In this document: positions 30,304 to 38,690 of the stretch, piece by piece
Layout of the letters: each line of letters opens with the position of its first letter
How positions within the stretch are numbered: position 1 is the stretch's first letter
NCBI GenBank assembly: GCA_913056255.1
Contig: CAJXLN010000006.1
Location: 3,108-67,107 of the forward strand
Reading direction: 5' to 3'
DNA: 64,000 nucleotides
DNA from: an uncultured Thermotogae bacterium
GTDB lineage: Bacteria; Thermotogota; Thermotogae; Mesoaciditogales; Mesoaciditogaceae
Notes under the pieces: model-generated
What the model was told of the DNA's origin: nothing
Seen by the model: only the letters and a program-made list of their open reading frames with translations
The model's database searches: none
Translations under genes and position numbers: made by a program

Positions 30304-30591
30304 ATGAACGAGATGATGAAGATACCCGAAAACAAAGACGTAACCGTCAAATACAAAGATCCGGTGTGCGGGATGTGGGTATCGCCACAGGAAGCCGTGG
30401 CTACAGCCGATTACAGTGGCGTGACGTATTACTTTTGCTCGCAGGGGTGCGCGCAGAGCTTCCAAAAGAACCCGGCTGGCTACGTCAAAAGCGTTGGCCA
30501 TGAAAGCATGAACATGGACATGGACATGCAAGGCCACGGGCTCAAAGGCCACGGCCGCCATGGCGGCCATAAACACGGGTGCGGGTGCTGA
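30304..30591 (+). CDS. YHS/TRASH-domain metal-binding protein with a His/Met-rich tail ending in CGC
   Basis: DPVCGMWV...YYFCSQGCAQSFQKNP (YHS/TRASH cysteine pattern), then HESMNMDMDMQGHGLKGHGRHGGHKHGCGC. The ATG at 30304 follows a GGAGGTG RBS. Confidence 0.75.
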   Translation: MNEMMKIPENKDVTVKYKDPVCGMWVSPQEAVATADYSGVTYYFCSQGCAQSFQKNPAGYVKSVGHESMNMDMDMQGHGLKGHGRHGGHKHGCGC

Positions 30592-30691
30592 GAGTCCTAA
30601 GCCCGAGATGACAAAACAGAAACAGAAGGACACTGAATGAGGATGTGAACGTCATTCCATCGAACGAATTTCAAGTTTTGTTTTCATGATG

Positions 30692-30721
30692 CCAAAAAAC
30701 CACCCCGTCACGGGGTGGTTT
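30692..30721. terminator. Strong GC hairpin at the right edge of the copper block, better suited as a minus-strand terminator
   Basis: AAAAAA-CCACCCCG-TCA-CGGGGTGG-TTT. The run of six A precedes the stem on the plus strand, which gives six U after the stem on the minus strand. Only about three T follow on the plus strand. Confidence 0.55.
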
Positions 30722-30922
30722 GCTCGTGTCCGATTTAAACGTTCACTTTTTGTGTCCTGAAATCTGTCTTATCAGTCATGAAGACAGTGTAGAGCTGAGA
30801 TGATTGACAGGGTAGAGTTGACGCAATCGAATACGGTGGTACAGTTATGAAAATAAAGAATAAGACAAATTGCTCATGTCAACGCAAGAGTTTAGCATAT
30901 TTGGGGATATGTAACTCGATTC

Positions 30923-31367
30923 ATGGGAGGAAACACCTCTCGAGTTCATAAGCTTGAGCACGTAAAACGTGATGTGAGCGCCAAGAATTTGGCGTATAAT
31001 CTGAAGGGGAATGTTGGGCTTTTCTTCATGGGAATGTACTTTGTTTTCCAGTATTTCGGAAAAGAATACATTCATCCCTTGGTAGGATACAGGAATCCAT
31101 TTGCATGGCTCTTTTTTTACACGTGGGGAATGTACATGGCTAAATTTGGGAATATTTTTTGGAAAAAGCGGTCATGTGGTGTACTTGAGTCACGGCGTGA
31201 TACTGATGAGTATTCTTGCAATCATCTCGTTATTCAAAAAGAATTTTTTTAATGAAGGCCATCTCAGCTTGAATTTTTTAGGTGGATTGATCGGTATCAC
31301 AGCATGTTACGGGTTTTCAGAAATCGTACACAGATTTCCGAAGTCAGTAGAAAAAATATTGATGTGA
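30923..31367 (+). pseudogene. Truncated and frameshifted C-terminal remnant of an acyltransferase-3-like membrane protein
   Basis: Two overlapping hydrophobic ORFs (30923-31252 and 31101-31367) join across a T6/A5 tract near 31150-31170. The joined tail GKSGHVVYLSHGVIL...CYGFSEIVHRFPK resembles the conserved C-terminus of acyltransferase-3 proteins. No N-terminal two-thirds is present. Confidence 0.45.
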
Positions 31368-31376
31368 GGTGTTGAT

Positions 31377-32360
31377 ATGCTACGTATTGGACTGATAGGT
31401 GCTGGAAACATGGGTTCTAAACATGCAAGAATACTGCGAACTATGCATGAAGAAGGAAAATGCAAATTCACTGCCTGCTGCGATCTTGTAAAAAACAGAG
31501 CAGAAAGTGCTCTGGGAGATATTGAAGGTAAAAAATATACAAACTTTGAAGAAATGTTAGAAAAGGAATCTTTGGATGGAATTATAATCGCAACTCCTAC
31601 GGCGGAGCATATGAAAATGTCTTTGAGAGCCATAGAGAAAGGCATAAACGTTTTAGTGGAAAAACCAGTGACTATTGAAATTGAAGGTAGTCGCAAAATA
31701 TACGAAGAATCAAAAAAGGCTGGCGTGATCGTTGAAGCAGGTATGGTAGAGGTTTTCAATTCTGTGGTGACAAATCTTGTGGAAATGGTTAGAAAAAGGA
31801 AGTTAACTTTGAACACAGCAATTTTCAACCGTTTTGGCTTTAAAACACAGAAGAATGATTCTAAAGATATGGATGTAATACACGATTTAATGATCCATGA
31901 TATCGCTGTAGCACTTGAATTACTTGAATATCCTGAATTGACATTAATAGGGGCCAGAGCGCTTAACTTAAACGAAAAAAGTGGTTTCCACGACAGCGCT
32001 TCGGCTTTTTTAACGGACGGGAAGTCCAACATCCTCTTCAACGCAAGTCGATCATCAGAGATCAAGGTAAGAAGTTTTTCAATGGATTTCAAGGAGCTTT
32101 ATGTACAAGGAAACTACATGGATCAAAAACTCAACATATTCTCTTCCTCAAAATTCGAGTTTACAGAAGCAGCCAACAATCTTTGGTACAACATGGCTTT
32201 TGACCACACTTTGGCCCGTTATTCCAATAACCCTTTGTACGATGAAGATTTAGATTTCATCTCGGCAATCGAATCTTCTCGAGAACCGAAAATAGGTTCA
32301 GATAAATGGCTTTTAATTATGGAAGTGATCGACGAGATAGAGTCTCAATTATTCCAATAA
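31377..32360 (+). CDS. Gfo/Idh/MocA family NAD(P)-dependent oxidoreductase
   Basis: N-terminal Rossmann motif IGLIGAGNMGSKH and the EKP motif (VLVEKPV). Confidence 0.8.
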   Translation: MLRIGLIGAGNMGSKHARILRTMHEEGKCKFTACCDLVKNRAESALGDIEGKKYTNFEEMLEKESLDGIIIATPTAEHMKMSLRAIEKGINVLVEKPVTIEIEGSRKIYEESKKAGVIVEAGMVEVFNSVVTNLVEMVRKRKLTLNTAIFNRFGFKTQKNDSKDMDVIHDLMIHDIAVALELLEYPELTLIGARALNLNEKSGFHDSASAFLTDGKSNILFNASRSSEIKVRSFSMDFKELYVQGNYMDQKLNIFSSSKFEFTEAANNLWYNMAFDHTLARYSNNPLYDEDLDFISAIESSREPKIGSDKWLLIMEVIDEIESQLFQ

Positions 32361-33049
32361 TTTTCTACTTTTGTACCCTTGTTTCCATGTTTAAAAGAGT
32401 GACTTTCTTTTAAAAAAGTTATAGCGCTTTTGAAATAACCGTTCTTTTGGAACCTTCTCGCAGAGGTGTAGGAAAAGTTAAAGGGCATCATAACAAGACG
32501 ACCATGTTGTTTTATTCTTTTCCCTATTTCTATATCCTCGTTTATCGTTGTCCATGAATCCACAAAATCGTTTATTTCGAGATAGATAGATTTTCTAAAT
32601 GCGAAATTCGCGCCCGAGGTGTTATCGCCGCCAAAGATCTTCACAGATATCATAAAAAATTCATAGAGGAGACCACTCAGGAAATTCATCACGGCGTTAG
32701 AATCAAAAAACATCAGAGGGCCATAAACTCCTGCGACATCTTCATTTTGAAAGAGTTTAAGAGTACGTTCAGCCCATCTTCTCGGATATATACAATCAGC
32801 ACCAGCCATAGCAATCACCTCTCCTTTTGCGTGCTCGAAACCGTAATTCGCCGCAAAGAGGGGGCCTTTTTTATCAGTGTAAGAAAATACATGATCCGCA
32901 TATTCTTTGGAAATATCGATCGTTTTATCAGAACTACCGTTGTCAACTACAATTATCTCGACTCGTATGCTTTGTTTTTTTAGACTTTTGAGAGTTTTCT
33001 CTATGTATTTTTCTTCATTCAAAGCTGGAATTATTACCGATAATTTCAT
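32345..33049 (-). CDS. Family 2 glycosyltransferase
   Basis: LSVIIPALNEEKYIEKTLKSL, VVDNGSSDKT, and a later acidic motif. GAGGTGA RBS. Confidence 0.85.
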   Translation of the reverse strand: MKLSVIIPALNEEKYIEKTLKSLKKQSIRVEIIVVDNGSSDKTIDISKEYADHVFSYTDKKGPLFAANYGFEHAKGEVIAMAGADCIYPRRWAERTLKLFQNEDVAGVYGPLMFFDSNAVMNFLSGLLYEFFMISVKIFGGDNTSGANFAFRKSIYLEINDFVDSWTTINEDIEIGKRIKQHGRLVMMPFNFSYTSARRFQKNGYFKSAITFLKESHSFKHGNKGTKVENYWNN

Positions 33050-33080
33050 GCTCTCACCTCAAGACATCGGTATTATATCA

Positions 33081-33110
33081 TTGAAGAAGGAACTAAGTAA
33101 GGTGTATAAT
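33081..33110 (+). promoter_or_regulatory. Sigma-70-type promoter directly abutting the CPBP protease start codon
   Basis: TTGAAG (33081-33086), an 18-nt spacer, then TATAAT (33105-33110). The ATG at 33121 is only 10 nt downstream and has no Shine-Dalgarno sequence. Confidence 0.45.
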
Positions 33111-33120
33111 AGTTTTAATT

Positions 33121-33780
33121 ATGAACAAAGATGCGGAACCTTATATAGACTTCAAAGATTTTTTGAATGTAATTGTCGCTTTGGTGCCGTTTTTAGCGGT
33201 GCTTTTTGTGTTTAATATACTAAAGGTGCTCTCTTCACAGATCTCCGCTTTAGTTTTGATCTTCTTTTCGATATACGTAATTTGGTTTTTTCACATCGTT
33301 CTAAAGTCGAAAGGGTATGGTATCGGTTCGTGGTTTAAAATGCCAACGTTTGGGCCGGATTTGGTGTGGAGTATAATAATGTTCCCAGTTGTTTTAGGAG
33401 CATACTTGCCAATGACATTTTTAACTTCTTATATTTGGAGCGGAAGGTCGATCTTTGGAAAGTTGTTGATAAACCCTGGACCGCTTTTGGCAGTCATAAG
33501 CATAGGGTTGTTTTTTCCGGTAGCTGAAGAAGTTGTTTTCAGAGGTGCCTTGTACAGTTATCTTGAAAAGGTGTTTTCGGTGGAATTTTCCATAGTTATG
33601 ACTTCAGCTGCTTTTGCTGTTGTACACCCTTTTGAAGATTGGATGAAAAGTTTTGTTCTTGGAATAATTCTAAATTTGCTATACTATAGGAGAAGGACTC
33701 TGACAGTTCCGGCAACGATTCATGTCATGGTGAATTTGTTGTATTTGTCGGTGATGTATTTGCACCTGTTAAGGGTCTAA
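33121..33780 (+). CDS. CPBP family intramembrane glutamic endopeptidase (CAAX protease-like)
   Basis: Polytopic membrane protein with EEVVFRG, FAVVHP and HVMVN motifs. Confidence 0.75.
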   Translation: MNKDAEPYIDFKDFLNVIVALVPFLAVLFVFNILKVLSSQISALVLIFFSIYVIWFFHIVLKSKGYGIGSWFKMPTFGPDLVWSIIMFPVVLGAYLPMTFLTSYIWSGRSIFGKLLINPGPLLAVISIGLFFPVAEEVVFRGALYSYLEKVFSVEFSIVMTSAAFAVVHPFEDWMKSFVLGIILNLLYYRRRTLTVPATIHVMVNLLYLSVMYLHLLRV

Positions 33781-33795
33781 AAGAGGTGATTGATC

Positions 33796-36291
33796 ATGTT
33801 TAATAAATTTTCGAAACGAGCAGCTCAAGTTTTTGTAAATGCTCAAGATGAGGCAAGGGCGATGGGACACTCTTATGTCGGTACTGAGCACTTGCTTTTG
33901 GGAATCATGAAATCTGCTAACGGGGAAGCTTACAATGTACTTCGTGAGCATGATATAGACTATTCTTCACTTAGACAGGAAGTTATAGCCGTTGTGGGAA
34001 CCGGGATACCAAGGGAGAATTTTTCTTCTCCTCAGATGACTCCAAGGGCGAGAAAAATCATAGAATTAGCTTATGAGGAAGCGCGAATACTCAAGCAAAA
34101 TTACATATCTACAGAACATATACTTCTTGCCATATTGTGGGAAGGTGAAGGAGTTGCGGCGCATATTCTCAGGAAGTTTGGCATAGATCTTGCTGAAATG
34201 AGACGCGAGATCATAGATGAAATTGGTGGCTTCTCGAAAAATAAAGATTACGATGCTGAGATTTTGGGAAACCGAAGCCATGAGGCATCCAGAACTCTAA
34301 AGACATTAGAAGGACTTGGAGTAGATCTAACCGAAGAAGCAAAGGCGGCAAAATTAGATCCTGTAATTGGCCGCGATCGTGAAATTGAAAGAATAATGGA
34401 GATTTTGTCAAGACGTAAGAAAAACAACCCGGTTTTGATAGGTGAACCCGGTGTTGGAAAAACTGCGATCGTTGAAGGATTGTCCCAAAAAATTGCGGCG
34501 GGCGATGTCCCTGAACTTTTGAAAACGAAGGTCATATTTTCATTAGATATAGCTGCTCTTATAGCAGGCACTAAATATCGTGGAGAATTTGAAAAAAGAT
34601 TGAAAAAGGTTATAAATACGGTTAAGGATGATAAAAACATAATTCTTTTTATAGATGAAATACATACCATCGTTGGAGCTGGAGCAGCAGAAGGTGCGGT
34701 TGATGCGGCAAATATACTTAAGCCGCCTTTATCAAGAGGAGAAATACAGATAATAGGCTCAACAACTCCAGACGAATACAGACAGTATATAGAGAAAGAT
34801 GGAGCGCTTGAACGAAGATTTCAAAAGATAACTGTGAGTGAACCTACAACTGAGCAAACTCTTGAAATACTCGAAGGCTTAAAATCCAAATATGAGGTTC
34901 ATCACGGGGTTAAATACACTGAAGATGCTCTTGAATTGGCAGTTCGTCTGTCACAACGCTATATAACCGATCATTTTCTTCCAGATAAGGCGATAGATGT
35001 AATAGATGAGGCTGGTGCCAGAGCAAGATTGAAGAAATTAGTAATACCAGAAGAAATCAAAAAACTTGAAGAACGAATAAAGTCCGTTCAAGAAGAAAAA
35101 GAATTGGCAGTCGCGAAGCAAGATTACGATCGAGCTGCCGAAGTAAGATTAAAAGAGCGTGAACTGCAACAAAATCTCAACGACAATTACAATAGATGGA
35201 AGAAAAAAGGCGAAACGGAAATAGTTACGATCACCGCTAATGACATATCGAGAACGGTTTCCAATTGGACTGGGATTCCTTTGACCAAAATTGAGAAAAC
35301 CGAAAGTCAGAAATTGTTGAATCTTGAAAAGGAATTACACAAACGTATTGTCGCTCAAGAAGAAGCCATAATGGCCATTTCCAAAGCGATAAGACGTGCC
35401 CGTTCAGGATTAAAAGATCCGCGTCGTCCCATGGGTTCTTTCATGTTCCTAGGCCCCACGGGTGTTGGGAAGACTGAACTTTCAAAAGCTCTTGCGGAGT
35501 ATCTGTTTGGTAATGAAAATGCACTTATAAGGATTGACATGTCTGAGTACATGGAACGCTTTGCCGTTTCCAGACTTGTCGGTGCACCTCCAGGATATAT
35601 AGGATACGAGGAAGGCGGAACATTAACCGAAAAAATCAGGAGACGCCCATTTTCGGTTATATTGCTGGACGAAATAGAAAAAGCGCATCCCGATGTTTTC
35701 AACTTGCTACTTCAAATACTCGACGATGGAAGGTTAACAGACTCTCAAGGACATACCGTTGATTTCAGAAACGCAATTGTTATTATGACTTCCAATCTTG
35801 GAGGGGAGATCATAAATAAAACAAAGCGTGCTATGGGTTTCGTCGAAGAGACGAATGAGCAAACGTCATACAAATCCATGAAATCCATAGTTATGAATGA
35901 AGTAAAACGTACCTTTAGGCCTGAATTTCTTAACAGACTCGATGAGATTATAGTTTTCCATTCTTTAACCAGAGAGCACATTGAAAAGATCATAGACATA
36001 TTACTCAGCGATCTTCGTAAGCGACTTGCTGAGCGTAATATAAAACTCAAGATCGGTAAAAAGGCGAAAGAGGTGATCATATCTAAGGGATTTGACCCTA
36101 TTTACGGTGCTCGTCCACTTAAACGTGAAATTCAAAAAGATATAGAAGATCCCCTCTCGGAAAAGCTTCTTTCGAAAAAATTCGAAAATGGTGATACGAT
36201 TATAGCCACCGTTAACAAAGGAAAGATCTTCTTTAAAAAAGAAAAAAGGAAAGACAACAAGGTAGTTTTCAGTGAAACGAGTAAGAGATAG
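33796..36291 (+). CDS. clpC: ATP-dependent Clp protease ATP-binding subunit ClpC
   Basis: Clp_N repeats, two AAA+ modules (GEPGVGKTA and GPTGVGKTE), and a UVR-like linker. The ATG at 33796 follows AAGAGGTGA. Confidence 0.9.
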   Translation: MFNKFSKRAAQVFVNAQDEARAMGHSYVGTEHLLLGIMKSANGEAYNVLREHDIDYSSLRQEVIAVVGTGIPRENFSSPQMTPRARKIIELAYEEARILKQNYISTEHILLAILWEGEGVAAHILRKFGIDLAEMRREIIDEIGGFSKNKDYDAEILGNRSHEASRTLKTLEGLGVDLTEEAKAAKLDPVIGRDREIERIMEILSRRKKNNPVLIGEPGVGKTAIVEGLSQKIAAGDVPELLKTKVIFSLDIAALIAGTKYRGEFEKRLKKVINTVKDDKNIILFIDEIHTIVGAGAAEGAVDAANILKPPLSRGEIQIIGSTTPDEYRQYIEKDGALERRFQKITVSEPTTEQTLEILEGLKSKYEVHHGVKYTEDALELAVRLSQRYITDHFLPDKAIDVIDEAGARARLKKLVIPEEIKKLEERIKSVQEEKELAVAKQDYDRAAEVRLKERELQQNLNDNYNRWKKKGETEIVTITANDISRTVSNWTGIPLTKIEKTESQKLLNLEKELHKRIVAQEEAIMAISKAIRRARSGLKDPRRPMGSFMFLGPTGVGKTELSKALAEYLFGNENALIRIDMSEYMERFAVSRLVGAPPGYIGYEEGGTLTEKIRRRPFSVILLDEIEKAHPDVFNLLLQILDDGRLTDSQGHTVDFRNAIVIMTSNLGGEIINKTKRAMGFVEETNEQTSYKSMKSIVMNEVKRTFRPEFLNRLDEIIVFHSLTREHIEKIIDILLSDLRKRLAERNIKLKIGKKAKEVIISKGFDPIYGARPLKREIQKDIEDPLSEKLLSKKFENGDTIIATVNKGKIFFKKEKRKDNKVVFSETSKR

Positions 36292-37597
36292 AAAAATTTA
36301 CGTTTGCTCGAATTGTGGATACAAATCACATAAATGGTTTGGCAAATGCCCGCAATGCGAAGAATGGAACACTGCAGTAGAAATTGAAGAAGCCGAAGAA
36401 GATGTTTCATCAATAGTCGATTTCAAGTCTTCGACGGCAACTGTAGATGTTCAAAAACGATTAACGACATCTATGGGAGAAATGGATCGCGTACTTGGAG
36501 GAGGATTAACTCCTGGAAGCGTGGTTTTAGTGGCTGGGGGCCCAGGAATGGGAAAATCAACGTTGCTTTTAGAATATGCCAGTGCACTTGCCACGAAGGG
36601 ATACGTGTACTATGTAAGTGGGGAAGAATCCGTACCTCAAATGTTGTCAAGAGTTAAAAGACTTGGTGTTGAACGTGAAAAACTCCTTCTGACATCTACT
36701 GTGAGCATTGACGATGTACTTGCCTCCATTAAGAAAAAACCAATTGCTTTGGTTTTTGACTCTATTCAAACGATTCACACGTCCGGAATGAACGCTCTCA
36801 CAGGGAGCATATCTCAAATGCGTGAATGCACGGTTAAGCTTGTGGAATACGCTAAAACTTCGAATGCCTCTGTTTTTATGATAGGCCATATAACAAAAGC
36901 GGGAAACATTGCAGGACCTATGATGCTTGAACATATGGTAGACACAGTTCTCTACCTTGAAGGTGAGTCCCGTTCCGGAAGAAGGATTCTCAGAGCGATC
37001 AAAAACAGGTTTGGTCCCATAGAAGAAATAGCCGTGTACGAAATGAGAAAAAACGGTATGATAGAAATTTCAGATCCATCGCGTATCTTTGCCGATATGG
37101 AATCAGAGGAAGTTGGAAATGCCATATCGATCGTTGTTGAAGGCTCGAGATCGTTGATGATCAACGTTCAAGCTTTGACAACTCCTAATCACAAGTCAAA
37201 TCCCATCAGGATAGCAAGGGGATTCGAAAACGCTAGATTACTCATGTTAACAGCCTTGGTTTCGAATTACCTGAGAGTCTCCCTTGAGAATCGCGATGTC
37301 TACCTCAACGTGCTGGGAGGTTTGAAGATATCCGATCCTGGGGTGGACCTTGCTGTAATAGCAGCCTTGTATTCATCCGCAAAGAATATCACATTCCCTT
37401 CTAAAACAGCCTTTGTGGGGGAAGTTGGGCTTGATGGAAGAATAAGAACTGTACAACAAATGCAGATGCGAGTTGCCGAAGCCAGAAGAATGGGATTGAA
37501 ACGATTAATCGTCTCTTATCAATTCAAAGAAGACGACGTAACCGGTGTCAGGACTGTAAAAGAAGCCATAACCAAAGCTCTTTCTGGAGATGAATGA
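36272..37597 (+). CDS. radA: DNA repair protein RadA/Sms
   Basis: N-terminal zinc finger CSNCGY...CPQCEEW, Walker A GGPGMGKST, a KNRFG motif, and a Lon-like C-terminal domain. Confidence 0.9.
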   Translation: MKRVRDRKIYVCSNCGYKSHKWFGKCPQCEEWNTAVEIEEAEEDVSSIVDFKSSTATVDVQKRLTTSMGEMDRVLGGGLTPGSVVLVAGGPGMGKSTLLLEYASALATKGYVYYVSGEESVPQMLSRVKRLGVEREKLLLTSTVSIDDVLASIKKKPIALVFDSIQTIHTSGMNALTGSISQMRECTVKLVEYAKTSNASVFMIGHITKAGNIAGPMMLEHMVDTVLYLEGESRSGRRILRAIKNRFGPIEEIAVYEMRKNGMIEISDPSRIFADMESEEVGNAISIVVEGSRSLMINVQALTTPNHKSNPIRIARGFENARLLMLTALVSNYLRVSLENRDVYLNVLGGLKISDPGVDLAVIAALYSSAKNITFPSKTAFVGEVGLDGRIRTVQQMQMRVAEARRMGLKRLIVSYQFKEDDVTGVRTVKEAITKALSGDE

Positions 37598-38663
37598 AAT
37601 GGATTATGATGAGATACTGAAAATGCTTGTACTCGTTTCTCCCGGATCTCCTCTTAGAAACGCGATAGATGATATAATGCGCGGAGACAATGGCGCCCTT
37701 ATATTTTTCGTTCAGAATCCTGAGGAGTACGTGAAAAAAGGGATTATTCAGGTTGGATTTGAACTGAATTGTCCATTTACACCTAACAAGTTGTATGAAT
37801 TGGCCAAAATGGACGGTGCGATAGTTGTCTCAGAAGATCTGAAAACCATATGGTACTCGAATGTACACATCGTGCCTGACAGTACGATACCAAGCTTTGA
37901 GACAGGAACACGTCACAAAACTGCTGAAAGATTGGCAATCCAAACGGGGAATTTGGTAGTTTGCATCTCTCAACGAAGAAGAGTGGTAACTTTGTATCGT
38001 GGTAATTGGAAACACATGCTAAACGATGTTTCGTTCATCGTCATGCAAATGAATCAGGGATTGAGAGCAATTGAAAGATACAGGAGTAACTTCGATAAGG
38101 GGATTTCGTCAATAGCTATAATGGAAATAGAGAATCGTGTCACGCTTTTTGATGTTGTCGAAGTTCTTGATAAAGGAATAACCATGCTTCAGATTTCCAA
38201 AGAACTGAACTTTTATTTGGCCGAACTTGGAAATGCTGGAACCCTTGCAAAAGTTCATCTTGAAGAGCTTCTATACGATGTCAAGGAAACTTTGAATTTA
38301 TTGATAATGGATTATGCAACTGAGGAATCCATTGGGGAAAGCCACGATCCGAAAGAAGTTTTCGAATTGTTGATGAGTGAAGGGAAAGACTTAGAATCCA
38401 TTGCCAACATTTTAGGCTATAAAGAACAAAAGGCAGCACTTTTTGAATTCATGATGCAGTCCAGAGGCTACAGATTGCTCAGAAGCATTCCAAGAATACC
38501 CATGAGTGTAGCCAAAAATGTGGTAAGAAGATTCAAAAATCTTTCTGGATTGTTGAATGCCTCTTTCAGTGAACTCACAATGGTTGAAGGCATTGCTGAA
38601 AAACGTGCAAAGGCGATAATGAATGGGATAAATTCATTAAGGAACAAGGCAAATTTCAGATAA
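37590..38663 (+). CDS. disA: DNA integrity scanning protein DisA (diadenylate cyclase)
   Basis: DAC domain motifs (DGAIVVS, GTRHKTAERLA) and a C-terminal HhH region. In conserved radA-disA order. Confidence 0.9.
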   Translation: MNEMDYDEILKMLVLVSPGSPLRNAIDDIMRGDNGALIFFVQNPEEYVKKGIIQVGFELNCPFTPNKLYELAKMDGAIVVSEDLKTIWYSNVHIVPDSTIPSFETGTRHKTAERLAIQTGNLVVCISQRRRVVTLYRGNWKHMLNDVSFIVMQMNQGLRAIERYRSNFDKGISSIAIMEIENRVTLFDVVEVLDKGITMLQISKELNFYLAELGNAGTLAKVHLEELLYDVKETLNLLIMDYATEESIGESHDPKEVFELLMSEGKDLESIANILGYKEQKAALFEFMMQSRGYRLLRSIPRIPMSVAKNVVRRFKNLSGLLNASFSELTMVEGIAEKRAKAIMNGINSLRNKANFR

Positions 38664-38690
38664 AAACTCAAAAATAGGGGGAATGTGGTT

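Noticed and set aside
25510-30946. 9-nt repeat TCTCGAGTT at 25510-25518 and 30938-30946 (also AACTCGA(A)TTCAT near 25621 and 30913) as possible att-like direct repeats flanking the island
   Set aside because: The repeats are too short to distinguish from chance in 64 kb. The right-hand copies lie inside or next to the acyltransferase-like remnant ORF rather than at the GC transition, and no integrase is present.
31307-32092. 261-aa minus-strand ORF opposite the Gfo/Idh/MocA oxidoreductase
   Set aside because: The sequence is Ser/Ile/Phe-rich and low-complexity, without motifs or an RBS. The plus strand has a Rossmann GxGxxG and an EKP motif.
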